Source of the DNA: Planctomycetota bacterium
GTDB taxonomy: Bacteria > Planctomycetota > Planctomycetia > Pirellulales > Pirellulaceae
Reading direction: 5' to 3'
Assembly: GCA_046074805.1 (NCBI GenBank)
Contig: JBJTOW010000358.1
Location: 1 to 33,472 of the forward strand
Length of the DNA stretch: 33,472 nucleotides
The notes beneath the pieces are model-generated. The model ran no database searches. It was not told where the DNA came from and was given only the letters and a program-made list of their open reading frames with translations. Shown here in pieces: positions 14,239 to 25,100 of the stretch. A program made the position numbers and the translations under genes. Position 1 is the stretch's first letter. Each line of letters begins with the position of its first letter.

Positions 14239-15168
14239 TCAAGCAAGCGGAACGATCAGTAGGAGCCCCAGCAGAGCCGGAAGGTATATCAGCGACGCTC
14301 GCAACAGCAGCCGCGCGGAACCCTCCGTTCGCTGAGCGAAGAATATCACAGCACAAGCCAGTTGGGCAACGCCGAGCAACAAGACCATCGCGGCGTACCA
14401 CCCTGCGCCGGGCGCAGGTCCCGAGATAGCTGGGACGAGACTGACCGGCAGCAACGCTGCGGCAGCCAGCACTGCCTGAACGCCAGCGCGCCGTCCCGAT
14501 GGCTCCACAACGGTCATCATTCTGAGTCCCGCCTGTGCATATTGATGCCGGTACAGCCAAGCGATCGCCATGAAATGCGGGAACTGCCAAAGGAACATGG
14601 TCATAAAAAGAGCGGCCATTCTCAGGTCGTAAGCACCGCCCGCCGCCGCCCAGCCAATACAAAGCGGCATCGCGCCGGAGATGGCTCCAACGGCCGTATT
14701 GAACTCGGATCGCCGCTTAAGCGGGGTATAAAACATCACGTAGACGATCCAAGTACCAACCGCCCAGGCTGCCGCGTCCCATTGCACGACGGCAAACAGG
14801 TAGCTTGCGCCAACCGCCAGTGTCACACCCGCAAACGTCAACACTTGCCTCGAAGACATCCGGCCAGTTGGCAAAGGACGCCTTTCGGTGCGTGCCATGA
14901 GCCGATCCGAAAACCGTTCCAACCATTGGTTGGCCGCACTAGCGCTGCAGGCCACAAGCGCCGTGCCAATTACGGTGTGAACCAACAATCCCAAGTCCGG
15001 ACGACCCCAGCGCGCCACGTAGGCGGCCACAGCCACCGATACCAGCATCATCACGGTGATACGTGGCTTCGTCAGTTCCACGTAATCGGAACAACGAGCC
15101 GCTAAACTCGCGGCGCCATGTTTCATGGTTTCGGCGGACTCAACGGACGCCATAAACAGCTCTAACAA
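14239..15168 (-). CDS. ctaB: Protohaem IX farnesyltransferase (haem O synthase)
   Basis: UbiA-family polytopic protein. [24 protein letters not shown] start region, multiple TM helices, position between ctaA and ctaE. The exact start among several N-terminal ATGs is uncertain. Confidence 0.85.
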   Translation of the reverse strand: MLELFMASVESAETMKHGAASLAARCSDYVELTKPRITVMMLVSVAVAAYVARWGRPDLGLLVHTVIGTALVACSASAANQWLERFSDRLMARTERRPLPTGRMSSRQVLTFAGVTLAVGASYLFAVVQWDAAAWAVGTWIVYVMFYTPLKRRSEFNTAVGAISGAMPLCIGWAAAGGAYDLRMAALFMTMFLWQFPHFMAIAWLYRHQYAQAGLRMMTVVEPSGRRAGVQAVLAAAALLPVSLVPAISGPAPGAGWYAAMVLLLGVAQLACAVIFFAQRTEGSARLLLRASLIYLPALLGLLLIVPLA

Positions 15169-15219
15169 TCTAAAGCGACTCGAACAGGAACGCTGACTGC
15201 ATAAGAACCCGGAATGGAA

Positions 15220-16242
15220 CTACGCCATCCGACGTTTCGCCATCACTCCTCGACCGACCACGGTCCGATCCGACTCGACAGCGCGAAACGGCAAAATCCT
15301 CAGAGACCAAGTGGCCAACGAGACCGCGACCGCCAAGATCAGAGAACCGTTCGCCACATGGGCCGTCGTCACGAGCCCCTGCCACAGGCTGTTGGTTTGG
15401 ACCACAACACCCGCCGAAAAGTCCCATTCCCCAAGCCAAGTCGGCCACCCATATTTCACGATCCATGTCCCAATGCCCAACAGGATCTGGGCTGAGATCA
15501 AGGCCAAAATCGCCACCGCTCGACTGCCCAATTTTCGTCGTCCCCAAGCCGCCCGGACGAGCAGAACGCTGTGCACTGCCAGAACTCCGGCCATGACCCC
15601 ATGAAACACGAACACGCCGCGGAAGTACCCTGGCGTCGCGTTGACGGGCAGGTGCCGAATGGCAGCGCCGAGGACAAGCTGAAGATAGGCCAAAACGGCG
15701 GTGGTAACCGCCAGTCGCTGAACTATCGGACCCGCACGGTCCACGACCCGCTCGGATAATCGCCAATCCCGCGACGTGAACGCCAGAATCGCCACCGACA
15801 ACGCGAAAAAAGCAGGACCAACACAGCCGTGAATCATCGCCAGTTGGCGGTCATCGAGAATGACTCGCATCCCGCCCAGGACACCCTGCCCGACAACCGC
15901 CATCAGGGCGAGCGTTGCGACAATCCGCATCCACGAGCGGTCGTCTGTAAGCCAAACCGAAGTCGCCAGAGCGATCGCAATCAATCCGACGACGGCCCCT
16001 AAAAGCCGATGGCCGTGCTCGATGAATAAGTCAAATGGACCAGATACCCAGGTCTGCCACGGGTACAAAAACAAATTGTACCCGTAAGTGGAGGGCCAAT
16101 CCGGAACCGCCATACCAGCGTCGTAGGTCGTGACAAGACCACCGACCCAGATCAGGGGAAATGTCGAAGCAACAAGTGCCATCGCGGCTACACGAGTTGC
16201 CTTCGGCGCCGCCATCGATTTTCCACCATGACCTGAGTTCAC
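15220..16242 (-). CDS. ctaA: Haem A synthase (COX15/CtaA family)
   Basis: GGLVTTYDAGMAVPDWPSTYGYNLFLYP and FIEHGHRLLG motifs, about 8 TM helices, adjacent to ctaB. Confidence 0.85.
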   Translation of the reverse strand: MNSGHGGKSMAAPKATRVAAMALVASTFPLIWVGGLVTTYDAGMAVPDWPSTYGYNLFLYPWQTWVSGPFDLFIEHGHRLLGAVVGLIAIALATSVWLTDDRSWMRIVATLALMAVVGQGVLGGMRVILDDRQLAMIHGCVGPAFFALSVAILAFTSRDWRLSERVVDRAGPIVQRLAVTTAVLAYLQLVLGAAIRHLPVNATPGYFRGVFVFHGVMAGVLAVHSVLLVRAAWGRRKLGSRAVAILALISAQILLGIGTWIVKYGWPTWLGEWDFSAGVVVQTNSLWQGLVTTAHVANGSLILAVAVSLATWSLRILPFRAVESDRTVVGRGVMAKRRMA

Positions 16243-16279
16243 TTTGCCGTTTCCCTGCCGGATTACACCAAGTCGCGAA

Positions 16280-18085
16280 CTAGTGACCGCCAGCCGGCTT
16301 CGACTTCACGCCCGGCGGAGGTGGCTGCGTCTGCGGATAGTAATCCGTCGAGACCTCCGGCGAGCCGTACTCATAAGGACCGCGGTAAATGATTGGTTGG
16401 AAATCGAAATTCCCGTGGCCGGGCGGGCTTGGCGCCATCCATTCCAACGAATTGGCCTTCCATGGGTTGCGCCCAGCTCGCTCACCGAAAAACATGCTGT
16501 GGAAGAAATTGAAGGCGAAAATAGCCTGTGTCGCCACCATTCCTATGGCGCAAACCGTAATGAACTGATTCACAGGCTGGAGATGCTCAAAGATCTTGTA
16601 ATCGTATGGGTCGGCCAAACGGCGGGGGAATCCGACCGCGCCGAGCACGTGCATCAGGTAGAACGTCCCGTTGAGAAACACAAAGGTCAGAAAGAAGTGG
16701 ATCTTGCCGAGCGAATCGTTCATCATTCGCCCAAACATTTTGGGAAACCAAAAATAGATGGCTCCAAACACGGCCATCGCCGTGCCACCGAAAAGCACGT
16801 AGTGGAAGTGAGCCACAATGTAGTAAGTGTCGTGGATAAAAATGTCGACCGGTGTGGCCGCCATGAAGATCCCGGACAACCCTCCGATGACGAACATCGA
16901 AACGAACGACAAGGCGAACAGCATTGGCGTGTTAAACGTCAACCTGCCACCCCAGATCGTGCCTAGCCAGTTGAAAACCTTCACAGCGCTAGGCAACGCG
17001 ATCATCATTGTTGAGACCATAAACGCCATGCCGAGCAATGGCTGCATGCCCGAAACGAACATGTGATGGCCCCAGACGATGAAACCCAATCCGGCGATAC
17101 CGGATATCGAATAAACCATCGGTTTATAGCCGAAAATGGGTTTACGAGCGAAGCACGACATGATGTCGGAGACCATACCCATCGCCGGCAGAATCATGAT
17201 GTAAACAGCCGGATGGGAATAGAACCAGAATAAGTGCTGCCAAAGCAGTGGTTGTCCACCGCCGCTCGCCGCCGCTGAGTTGTTGACGACCAAGCCTTCG
17301 GGTAGGAAAAAGCCTGTATTGATCAATCGATCCGTCACCTGCATGAAACCCGCCGCCGTCAACACGGGCAATGCGAAGGCTTGCAGGATGGCGGTGATGA
17401 ACATCGCCCAAATCGTCAGCGGTAGCCGAAACATGGTCATGCCCGGCGCACGCATTTGAATGATGGTTGTCATATAATTGACGGAACCCATCATGGAGGA
17501 GACACCAACAAAGGTCACGCCGAGCAGCCACATCGTCTGGGATAGACCGCTCGATGGGGCCGCGTCTTGCATGACGGACAGCGGAGGGTAAGAGGTCCAC
17601 CCCGACCCCGCGCCATTTCCTGGCATGAAGAAACTAGAGCCGATGCAAAAGAATGCCGGCCACATGAACCAGTAGCTTAACATGTTCAATGTTGGGAACG
17701 CCATGTCGTCGGCACCGATCATGAGCGGGATCAAGTAGTTCCCGAACGCTCCGGCGAGGATCGGGATGATCACGAAAAAAATCATCACCGTCGCGTGCAT
17801 AGTGAACAGGGTCGTGTAAAACTCCGGAGCGATCTGGCCACCTTCGCCTGAAAACAACATCCGTCCGATAACGGGCATGTCGCTCCACTGCCAAGCCAGT
17901 TGCCAACGGATTCCCAATGCCAGCAACCCGCCCACCAAGAACCAAAGGAGGGTGGAAAACAGGAACTGTAAACCGATGATTTTGTGGTCTAACGAAAAGA
18001 CGTAAGTGCGGATAAACTTGCCAAGTTCCATTCCGCCCGCATGATCATGGCCATGCCCCAAGGCACCTGCCGGAACGCTAGTCAT
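16280..18085 (-). CDS. ctaD: Cytochrome c oxidase subunit I (haem-copper oxidase, A-type)
   Basis: 601 aa. LFWFYSHPAVYIMILPAMG (the HPxVY CuB/Tyr region), VWGHHMF (CuB His pair), HFHYVLFGG (haem ligand region). 8-nt overlap with ctaC. Confidence 0.95.
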   Translation of the reverse strand: MTSVPAGALGHGHDHAGGMELGKFIRTYVFSLDHKIIGLQFLFSTLLWFLVGGLLALGIRWQLAWQWSDMPVIGRMLFSGEGGQIAPEFYTTLFTMHATVMIFFVIIPILAGAFGNYLIPLMIGADDMAFPTLNMLSYWFMWPAFFCIGSSFFMPGNGAGSGWTSYPPLSVMQDAAPSSGLSQTMWLLGVTFVGVSSMMGSVNYMTTIIQMRAPGMTMFRLPLTIWAMFITAILQAFALPVLTAAGFMQVTDRLINTGFFLPEGLVVNNSAAASGGGQPLLWQHLFWFYSHPAVYIMILPAMGMVSDIMSCFARKPIFGYKPMVYSISGIAGLGFIVWGHHMFVSGMQPLLGMAFMVSTMMIALPSAVKVFNWLGTIWGGRLTFNTPMLFALSFVSMFVIGGLSGIFMAATPVDIFIHDTYYIVAHFHYVLFGGTAMAVFGAIYFWFPKMFGRMMNDSLGKIHFFLTFVFLNGTFYLMHVLGAVGFPRRLADPYDYKIFEHLQPVNQFITVCAIGMVATQAIFAFNFFHSMFFGERAGRNPWKANSLEWMAPSPPGHGNFDFQPIIYRGPYEYGSPEVSTDYYPQTQPPPPGVKSKPAGGH

Positions 18086-18923
18086 TTTCGGTGGCTCCTG
18101 TCTTCGGCTGGAAACCGCTTCGCTCCTGCTCGGCGTATTGCCCAGCCAGCCAAGCGTCGAATTTCTCTCGGCTCTCCAACGTCATTTTTCCACGCATCTT
18201 GTAGTGTCCCCAGCCGCACAACTCGGCACATACAATGTCATAAATTCCCGGCTTGTTGCCGTGGAACCAGACGAACTGCTTCATGCCTGGAACGACGTCT
18301 TGTTTCACCCGTACGTGCGGCAGGAAAAAGCTGTGGAGAACGTCCATGCTTTTGATCTGAATGACAACATCCTCATCGACCGGCAAATGAAGGTCATTCA
18401 CTTGGTGGACATCGTCAGGGGTGCCAATCACGTTGTCCTTACCGGCATAACGAATTCGCCATTCGAATTGCCGTCCCGTAACCTCCACGATCGGAGCCTT
18501 TAGCACATCGTCGTCCGTGCCTTCGATCCCATCTGGGCCGGCCTCCGCGACCGGACGACGCATTTTTTGGTCAGCCCAGGCGTTCATTTGGTAGATTGCG
18601 ATGAAGAGCAAAGTGGCGGCCGGTAGCACAGACCAAACTATCTCCAAAGCGTGGCTACCGTGCATGTAGACAGGAGGCTGGGCATTTTTCGCTGCGTCGT
18701 ACTTCCACATGAACCAGAACAACGCAACGCCAGTGCCTATGAAAATCACTCCAGTCAAGTACAGGATGAACATGAACAGCTGATCAACGACACCACCATA
18801 GTCGTTGACGTTTTCCGGCAACCAATGATCCCGAAATGGTCCGACACCAGCGATCGCGAACACGAAGGCGAGTGTTCCGAGGATCGGGACCGATAAAAAC
18901 AACAAGCTCCAAAACCGTCCCAC
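18078..18923 (-). CDS. ctaC: Cytochrome c oxidase subunit II (CuA subunit, no fused cytochrome c domain)
   Basis: Two N-terminal TM helices, then a cupredoxin domain with DVLHSFFLP and the CuA motif CAELCGWGHYKM. There is no CxxCH motif in the protein. Confidence 0.9.
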   Translation of the reverse strand: MGRFWSLLFLSVPILGTLAFVFAIAGVGPFRDHWLPENVNDYGGVVDQLFMFILYLTGVIFIGTGVALFWFMWKYDAAKNAQPPVYMHGSHALEIVWSVLPAATLLFIAIYQMNAWADQKMRRPVAEAGPDGIEGTDDDVLKAPIVEVTGRQFEWRIRYAGKDNVIGTPDDVHQVNDLHLPVDEDVVIQIKSMDVLHSFFLPHVRVKQDVVPGMKQFVWFHGNKPGIYDIVCAELCGWGHYKMRGKMTLESREKFDAWLAGQYAEQERSGFQPKTGATEND

Positions 18924-18938
18924 GTTGATTTCTCCCGC

Positions 18939-20210
18939 TTAAAGGCGATCGCGTGTGATTTGAGGCTGCTGCCGATCCTGTTTGCTCAACGATTCGTACG
19001 GCAAGCTTCGGACGTAGTCAACGATGCTCCAAATGTCATCTGGAGTAAGCCCCTTTTCATTTTCCGGCGTTTTCATAGGAACGGCTGGCATCGGTGTTCC
19101 GTCGATTCCGTTGGCGATTCGCCAGTACAGGTCGATGGGGCGTCGACCCCCGCGGTAAATGCCTTGTCGGAGATTTCGAGGGCGTATGTTCCTTGGCTCC
19201 AGAGCACCAAGGGCTAAGTACGTAGACAAATTCTTGGGGTTGGCGGGATCTAACTCTTTCGTCCAATCATCATAGTCATTGATTTGTCCATCGCCCAAAG
19301 CCGAATCGCCATGACACTTGACGCAGTTCGCAATCGAACCATAGAACAGTTCGCGGCCACGCGCTATCGACTTGGCACGAGCGTCCGGGTCCTCCCATCC
19401 ACTGCTTCGTTCTTCGATGGGTACCGCTAGACCGTCCGCTTCCAACCAAGGCTGAACAACCTCAGCGACGATCTCATTGAGCCGGGCGATTTTTCCGTTG
19501 TACACCGCCGGATTAGTCTCTTTCTGTGACGCGTCGAGGATGAGCTGCTCGCCAGCGTTGAGTTCAACTAGCTCATCTACCAGTCGTCGCTCCACCTCCC
19601 CTCGAAGCGACAGATACTTTACGTAGTGGACAAGCGATTCCACCTCGTCCTGGTCTAGCACTTTGAAAGAAGGCATCGCGGTGCCAGCCACGCCATCGTG
19701 CAAGATCTTCCGCAAGTCCTCGTGGGTCGGACGCTGCCCCTTCACAGTCGACTTAAACTTGAATCGGCCCATGCGGTAATCGCGTGGGTATGGGTTCAGG
19801 AAGGCGGACGTTGGTCCAAGACCGTCGCCGGTGATCCCATGGCAATGAACACAGTGCTCCCGATACAGACCGTGAGGTTGCCCACCCTTATCGCTCGCAA
19901 CTTTTCCGGAGGACATCTTCACACGCTCGATGTCCACGAGCGGAGCAAGATCAATGCCGGGTATTTGCGGGAGGTAAGGGTCATCCGGAGTGCCAAAATA
20001 CGCCGCCAGGATGTTAGCTATGTCAGCGGTCTGAGGTGCTTTAAATGGCTCGACTCCCTCATTTTCCTTGCGTTTCACGTAGACAAGGTTGCCACGAAAA
20101 CCGGCTTCGGGAGCGCCGCATCCGGCGACGAACGCCAACAGCAAACCGGCCGCCACAGAGTCCCGCACCGTCCACCTGGACAGCCGTGATCGAATGGATT
20201 CCGCTCGCAT
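18939..20210 (-). CDS. Dihaem c-type cytochrome, probable lipoprotein
   Basis: ORF 18939..20318 trimmed to the ATG at 20210 (MRAESIRSRLSRWTVRDSVAAGLLLAFVAGCG, lipobox-like). Two CxxCH motifs (CVHCHG, CVKCHG), each followed by a candidate Met ligand segment (GTAMP, GTPMP). Confidence 0.8.
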   Translation of the reverse strand: MRAESIRSRLSRWTVRDSVAAGLLLAFVAGCGAPEAGFRGNLVYVKRKENEGVEPFKAPQTADIANILAAYFGTPDDPYLPQIPGIDLAPLVDIERVKMSSGKVASDKGGQPHGLYREHCVHCHGITGDGLGPTSAFLNPYPRDYRMGRFKFKSTVKGQRPTHEDLRKILHDGVAGTAMPSFKVLDQDEVESLVHYVKYLSLRGEVERRLVDELVELNAGEQLILDASQKETNPAVYNGKIARLNEIVAEVVQPWLEADGLAVPIEERSSGWEDPDARAKSIARGRELFYGSIANCVKCHGDSALGDGQINDYDDWTKELDPANPKNLSTYLALGALEPRNIRPRNLRQGIYRGGRRPIDLYWRIANGIDGTPMPAVPMKTPENEKGLTPDDIWSIVDYVRSLPYESLSKQDRQQPQITRDRL

Positions 20211-20283
20211 AGACTTAACCTGTGTAGAAAAATGAGTATGCAGTCGACCGAGAGAGCAGTAAACGTGTTTCCAACCAAGCCTG

Positions 20284-21201
20284 CTACTGGAACAGCGTTC
20301 CGGCGACCTGGACCTCAAGCTTCGTCGTTTCCCCGGGTGTCAACGTCCGCTTGAAGCGGCCCTTGCCCCATTTCTCGGATGTTCCGTTCACCGTCACGTC
20401 CTGCAGGAAATTGGTTTTTTCTTGCCAAACGCGAAACTCAAGCTCAACGCCCGCCGGCAGGTTTGGAATTTCGAACGATCCGTCAGGCTTCGTCACCGCG
20501 AAGTACGAATTTTTACGGGTGATCATGTAGGCTTTCATCCAGGGATGGATGGCACAAGCTACCGGGAACGGTTGGTCTTCCTCCGCCTTCGGCTGGTAAA
20601 GGCCAGCCGCGTTGGACGGAATTGTTTGGTCGTACGCTGGGTTCTTCTTTGGCTTCAGACTCGTGTTGTGGCCAACAGGGTCGCTGTTCTTAATCCGGAT
20701 TGGCTGGGACGATTGAATCGCAAGCAACCGGGTTAGAAAGACGCATTCCTTTTGGTCGAATATCACCTCGTCAGCCTTGCCGGGCTTGGCGTCCGGATGC
20801 GTCCATGGCTCATCGTCTGGCAGTTTCTGAGAAACGAACACGAGGACGTTACCGATGCCACCTTCGGGCGAAATTACAAACTCTTGACTGAGGACCTGTT
20901 TGCCGCCTGGAGCACATACTCCTTGGTCTTTGTCGACCGACAGCGTTGCTGCTGACGGTCGATCGCCAGCTATCCTGAAAACGCCAGACAAGGTCGCCCA
21001 CCCTGTCGGCATGGCCGAAGGGGTCGTTGCAGAATCCGTACTCGCTCCTTCGCCGCCACCGGCTTCGAGCGCCGTTCGAAGCGATTTGGCCATCGCCAAG
21101 TCTGGCGACACATTGACAGGCAATCTGGGGCCACAGCCGTTAGCGGATGCAATGACGGAACCCGTCGCCAGCACCGCCATCGAAATCCAAGATTTTTTCA
21201 T
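20284..21201 (-). CDS. Cupredoxin-like (amicyanin-type loop) protein with a C-terminal beta-sandwich, probable lipoprotein; paralogue 1
   Basis: ORF 20284..21240 trimmed to the ATG at 21201 (MKKSWISMAVLATGSVIASANGCG). Candidate type-1 Cu ligands are DPVGHNT (His) and CAIHPWM (Cys-x2-His-x2-Met, as in the amicyanin CTPHPFM loop). Then FAVTKPDGSFEIPNLPAGVELEFRVWQE. Confidence 0.7.
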   Translation of the reverse strand: MKKSWISMAVLATGSVIASANGCGPRLPVNVSPDLAMAKSLRTALEAGGGEGASTDSATTPSAMPTGWATLSGVFRIAGDRPSAATLSVDKDQGVCAPGGKQVLSQEFVISPEGGIGNVLVFVSQKLPDDEPWTHPDAKPGKADEVIFDQKECVFLTRLLAIQSSQPIRIKNSDPVGHNTSLKPKKNPAYDQTIPSNAAGLYQPKAEEDQPFPVACAIHPWMKAYMITRKNSYFAVTKPDGSFEIPNLPAGVELEFRVWQEKTNFLQDVTVNGTSEKWGKGRFKRTLTPGETTKLEVQVAGTLFQ

Positions 21202-21291
21202 CGCCAGAACCTCGCGTAGCAACCGGTTACTTAGCCTCACCGCGGTCCGCCGACTTTGAGTCGGCGGCGGGCCAATGGAGCTTGCGTTCGC

Positions 21292-22089
21292 CTACTTCGA
21301 CAGTGTTTTCAGTGCGACCTTGAACGTACCCAAGTTGTTGGCACCTGCCTTGATCGTGAAATCCGCTCTTCCCTTGCTCCATTTTACCGTTTTACCGGCA
21401 CCATCCTTAACTTCCTGGATGAAACCAGCCCCTTCGTGCCAAATCTGGAATTGCCACTCTCCGGCTGGCAGCTTCGGAATCGTGACCGATCCGCTCGCAT
21501 CGCTTACCGCCGCGTAGGGGTTGTCGCGCACCAGCAACTTAGACTGCATCCATGGGTGTATCGAGCAGCTGACCGATGCCGGAAGACGTTCTTCTTTCTT
21601 GAACGATTGCTTCAGGAGTCCGCCGGCTGGAATGATTGGATTCACAGGCGGATTGTCCAAGACGTCGATTTTGGTGTTGTGGCCGATCGGATCGGAGTTT
21701 TTCAGGACAAGCGTTTGTGCGGTCCAGAGAACGGCGACGTGCGGTTCAAAACGGCAGCCTTTATTGTCTAGGACGACTTCGGTGCCCTTCATCTTTTCCA
21801 GGTCGGGGTGAATCGCCACTTTTTTACCGACCGCAGGCCGCAAATAGACGAAGACGTTGCCGATTCCGCCGCCCGGGCCAAATGCCAGGGTTTCGTCTAC
21901 CAGCTTTTCCTTACCACAGACTTGCTGGTCCTTGTTAATGGTGAGCGGCTTGGAGGCTGGTGCCGCTCCGTCGAGCACGAATTTTAGTGATAGGTCGCCC
22001 CAGGTTTGAGCGTTAGCATTCGCCGCATTCACAATGGCACATATGGCTACGACGAAAAAAACAATTTTACGCATCGGTTTTAACTCCAC
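21292..22089 (-). CDS. Cupredoxin-like (amicyanin-type loop) secreted protein; paralogue 2
   Basis: Signal peptide MRKIVFFVVAICAIVNAANANA; the start may be the ATG at 22074 rather than 22089. DPIGHNT and CSIHPWM motifs. AAVSDASGSVTIPKLPAGEWQFQIWHE is colinear with paralogue 1. Confidence 0.7.
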   Translation of the reverse strand: MELKPMRKIVFFVVAICAIVNAANANAQTWGDLSLKFVLDGAAPASKPLTINKDQQVCGKEKLVDETLAFGPGGGIGNVFVYLRPAVGKKVAIHPDLEKMKGTEVVLDNKGCRFEPHVAVLWTAQTLVLKNSDPIGHNTKIDVLDNPPVNPIIPAGGLLKQSFKKEERLPASVSCSIHPWMQSKLLVRDNPYAAVSDASGSVTIPKLPAGEWQFQIWHEGAGFIQEVKDGAGKTVKWSKGRADFTIKAGANNLGTFKVALKTLSK

Positions 22090-22119
22090 TTAGTTCTGTT
22101 GGTACGTTGATTCGAGCAG

Positions 22120-25100
22120 TTAGCCGCCACCGCCAGCAGCGGGCTTCTCCGTTGCGGGCGCTGCTTCCGCAGGTGGCTCGGGACTTGCTGGCGGCGCAGC
22201 CTGTTGGACGAGTGGTGCAACGAGCGTTTTGTCCTTGGCGAAATTGTCGTAGTTCATCAGCAAGTCCACCAGGGCGTCCACTTGTTCCAAGCTGGTTCCA
22301 TGATAAAGGTCTTGGGAGATACCGCCGAAGTTCTTCGTATCAGCTGGGTCGTAGGGAATGTTCACTGGCATGCTGGTGTATGGCAGAATCCGCTTTGGGT
22401 TCGCGATCCAATCTCGGAGATAACCAGGCCGCAGACGCTCGTAGATTCTCGCAAGGTTCGGTGCCTTCGCTCGGTCAGCACCCGTCGGCGAGTAGTCGCC
22501 GACAATATGGCATTTCACGCAGTAGTTGCTGTTCGTGATCATTCGCATTGCGTCTTGCAGGCGAGTGCGGTCGCTGCCAGCGGCGTCACTCGCCGGCTTT
22601 TCGGGCGTCACAACAGCCTTTGCTTGATAAGTTGTCTCTTTTTCGGCGAGATAGCTAGGCAGTCGATGTTCGGTTGCCGCGTAGGGAAACTCCGCTCCGT
22701 CCTTCCTCGCGAAATATTCCGCCAGGTCCGAAGCTTCCTCAGCGGACATGTTGAACTTCGGCATTCTCAGTACAGCAGCAGGTCGGATTGGGTACGGGTT
22801 GAGCAGGAAGTTGTGGAGCCACTGGGACTGCACCTTTTGTCCTTCTCCAACAAGAGGTGGTGGCACCCATGCCCACGATTCGGTTCCCTTTGCGGCTGGG
22901 TTAATCAGTTTTTCCCGCGCTGTTACGTGCGGCAGTAGGTATCGCGCCAACACGCCGCCCTCGGTCTCGGCCCGGTGCGTCAGTTTCGAGGCGGGAATGT
23001 TGATCTGCATGATGCCTGGTTCGTATTTCTGCCCATCAATTAGCGTTGGTTGCCAAAGCTCAAACGGATACGAAACAGTGTTGCGCTCGTAATCCCCGTC
23101 ATTCTCGACAGGATCACCTTCGACGTCGTTGACGACCGGCAAAGCATCGGCATCGTTTAGACCGGGCATGCCAGATAGATGAGCCTTAATCAGGCCAGCG
23201 GCGTTAGGCTTTTTTGACTTCGCTACGAATTCCGATGAAAAACTTGCGGCTAAGTAAGGATACTGGTTAGTCGCCGCCTGCTCTCCGTATTCGCCGGATT
23301 TAGCTGTGACTTCCCACCGCTCGGCTTCCAGCACGTGGCAGCCACCGCAGTTGTACTTTTCAAGAGCCTGTCGTCCCTTGATCCAGGCTAACTGTTCAGT
23401 GCTGGGCCTATAGACATACTTGGGCGCCGGTGGGTCCGACACGAGTCCCAAGACAAAGGTCATGATGGCCTCACGGTCGGCGTCCGAGAACGGAAACTTC
23501 GGCATCCGCAGTCGTTCGTTGTAACGTTTGTTTTCAGTCTTTTCGTAGTCGTAGCTGCGTGGTTCGGTCAGCTTTTGCCATAAGAATCCCTCCCGGTGGC
23601 CAGCCTCGATATGCTTTACGTAAAACTCAGGCGTCTTTTTTACCGGATCATGGTGCCGCGTGACTCCGTCATCGCCCGTGGAAACAAATTCGCCGCTCTT
23701 TACGACCCTACCACTTGCGTTTAGGTCTGCCTTGGATGGTGAAGTTGGCGATCCGCCGTTGGCAGCTGTGCCGTGGCCACCATGGCTATGACCATGCTTG
23801 TGCAGGAAGTGGGTGATATGCTCAAAGGCGAGCTTAGCTGGTTCTTTGCGACCCCAATCCGCCAATCCCGTTCCGATCGGCTTCGCGTCTTCGAATCCCG
23901 GAATATCGTGGCAACCAAAGCAGCCGTACTTAGCAATCGATTTACGACCGATGTAGTTAAGCTTCTGGCGACTCGACACTTCCTGGTTGGCTTCGAAGTC
24001 TGCGTCTGAAACCAACAGTTCCTTTTCCGCTCCCTTAAGCGTCTTCTCAAGCTTGGCTGGGACGCCGAACTTCACATACTTCGCGGCGGCTCCAACGTAG
24101 AAGGCTTCTTCGAGGTTTTGACGCGTCGCCTCCTCCAAGTCGCCTGCGACCGAATCGCTCAATCCAGTTGGTTGCCACTCTAGTTTCGAGGTCATCAGGT
24201 ATTCCACGATGTCCGCCACAGGATCGGTAACGTGGACAACATTGCCTTTTTCATCCTTGTGCTGGATGGGATCGAGATAGAGATCCGGCATGACTGTGCG
24301 TGCGTGATACTTGGTCGGCTTCTTGATCCAAGAATAAAGCCATTGGCGTCCATTCTTATTGCGATCCGCCGCGAACTTGCTTCCTAGTCCTGTTAGGTTG
24401 GGCCCCTGCATGACCTCCTTCGGATCTCGATAGCTTTTTATGTCATCAAAGTCACCGTGGTTATGGCACGCCAGGCAACCCCGCTCTTGGAAAGCAACCT
24501 TTCCTCGTTCGATTCGGGCAGACTGCTTTTCTTCCGGTGTGCCGCCAGGCTCATTCACTTCAGGTGGAGTTAGGAAGTCGAATTGCTGCGACCGATCCTG
24601 GAGGTAAGCCACCATTCCAGCGATCTCCACTTCTTCCATTTTCTCCGTTGCATGCGCCGCCTCGGCTTCTAAATGGCTCCATAGTTTAAAGAATTGCGGC
24701 ATTTTCGTGGATGGCCGGAAGTTCTTCGGCTCTCGGATCCAGTCGGCCAGGAAGTCCGTATCCGCCTTCTTGGCGACGAACCGCAAACTGGGCCCGGACT
24801 TTCTGAACTTACCGGGCGTCTCCTCGTCCTTCAGTAGTTCCGCGAGGCTGTGGGCTACAGTCGGGAAGACTGGATCCGCTGATTTGGCATCTTCGGCAAG
24901 ACGCGTAGCCAACTTTGCACGAGCTTCAGGTCTCTCTGGATTGGCGATGATCGCGTTGAGGTCAGAGAGATCGTTGGATGACAGTTTGTCCAGGAGATTG
25001 GCGGTTGACAAAACATGCTTCAGCTGCTGCGCCGCAGCGAAGTAGTTAGGTTCGAGTCGGACGTCAGGTCCCACTCGCCGTGTTGGGCCATCGAATCCTT

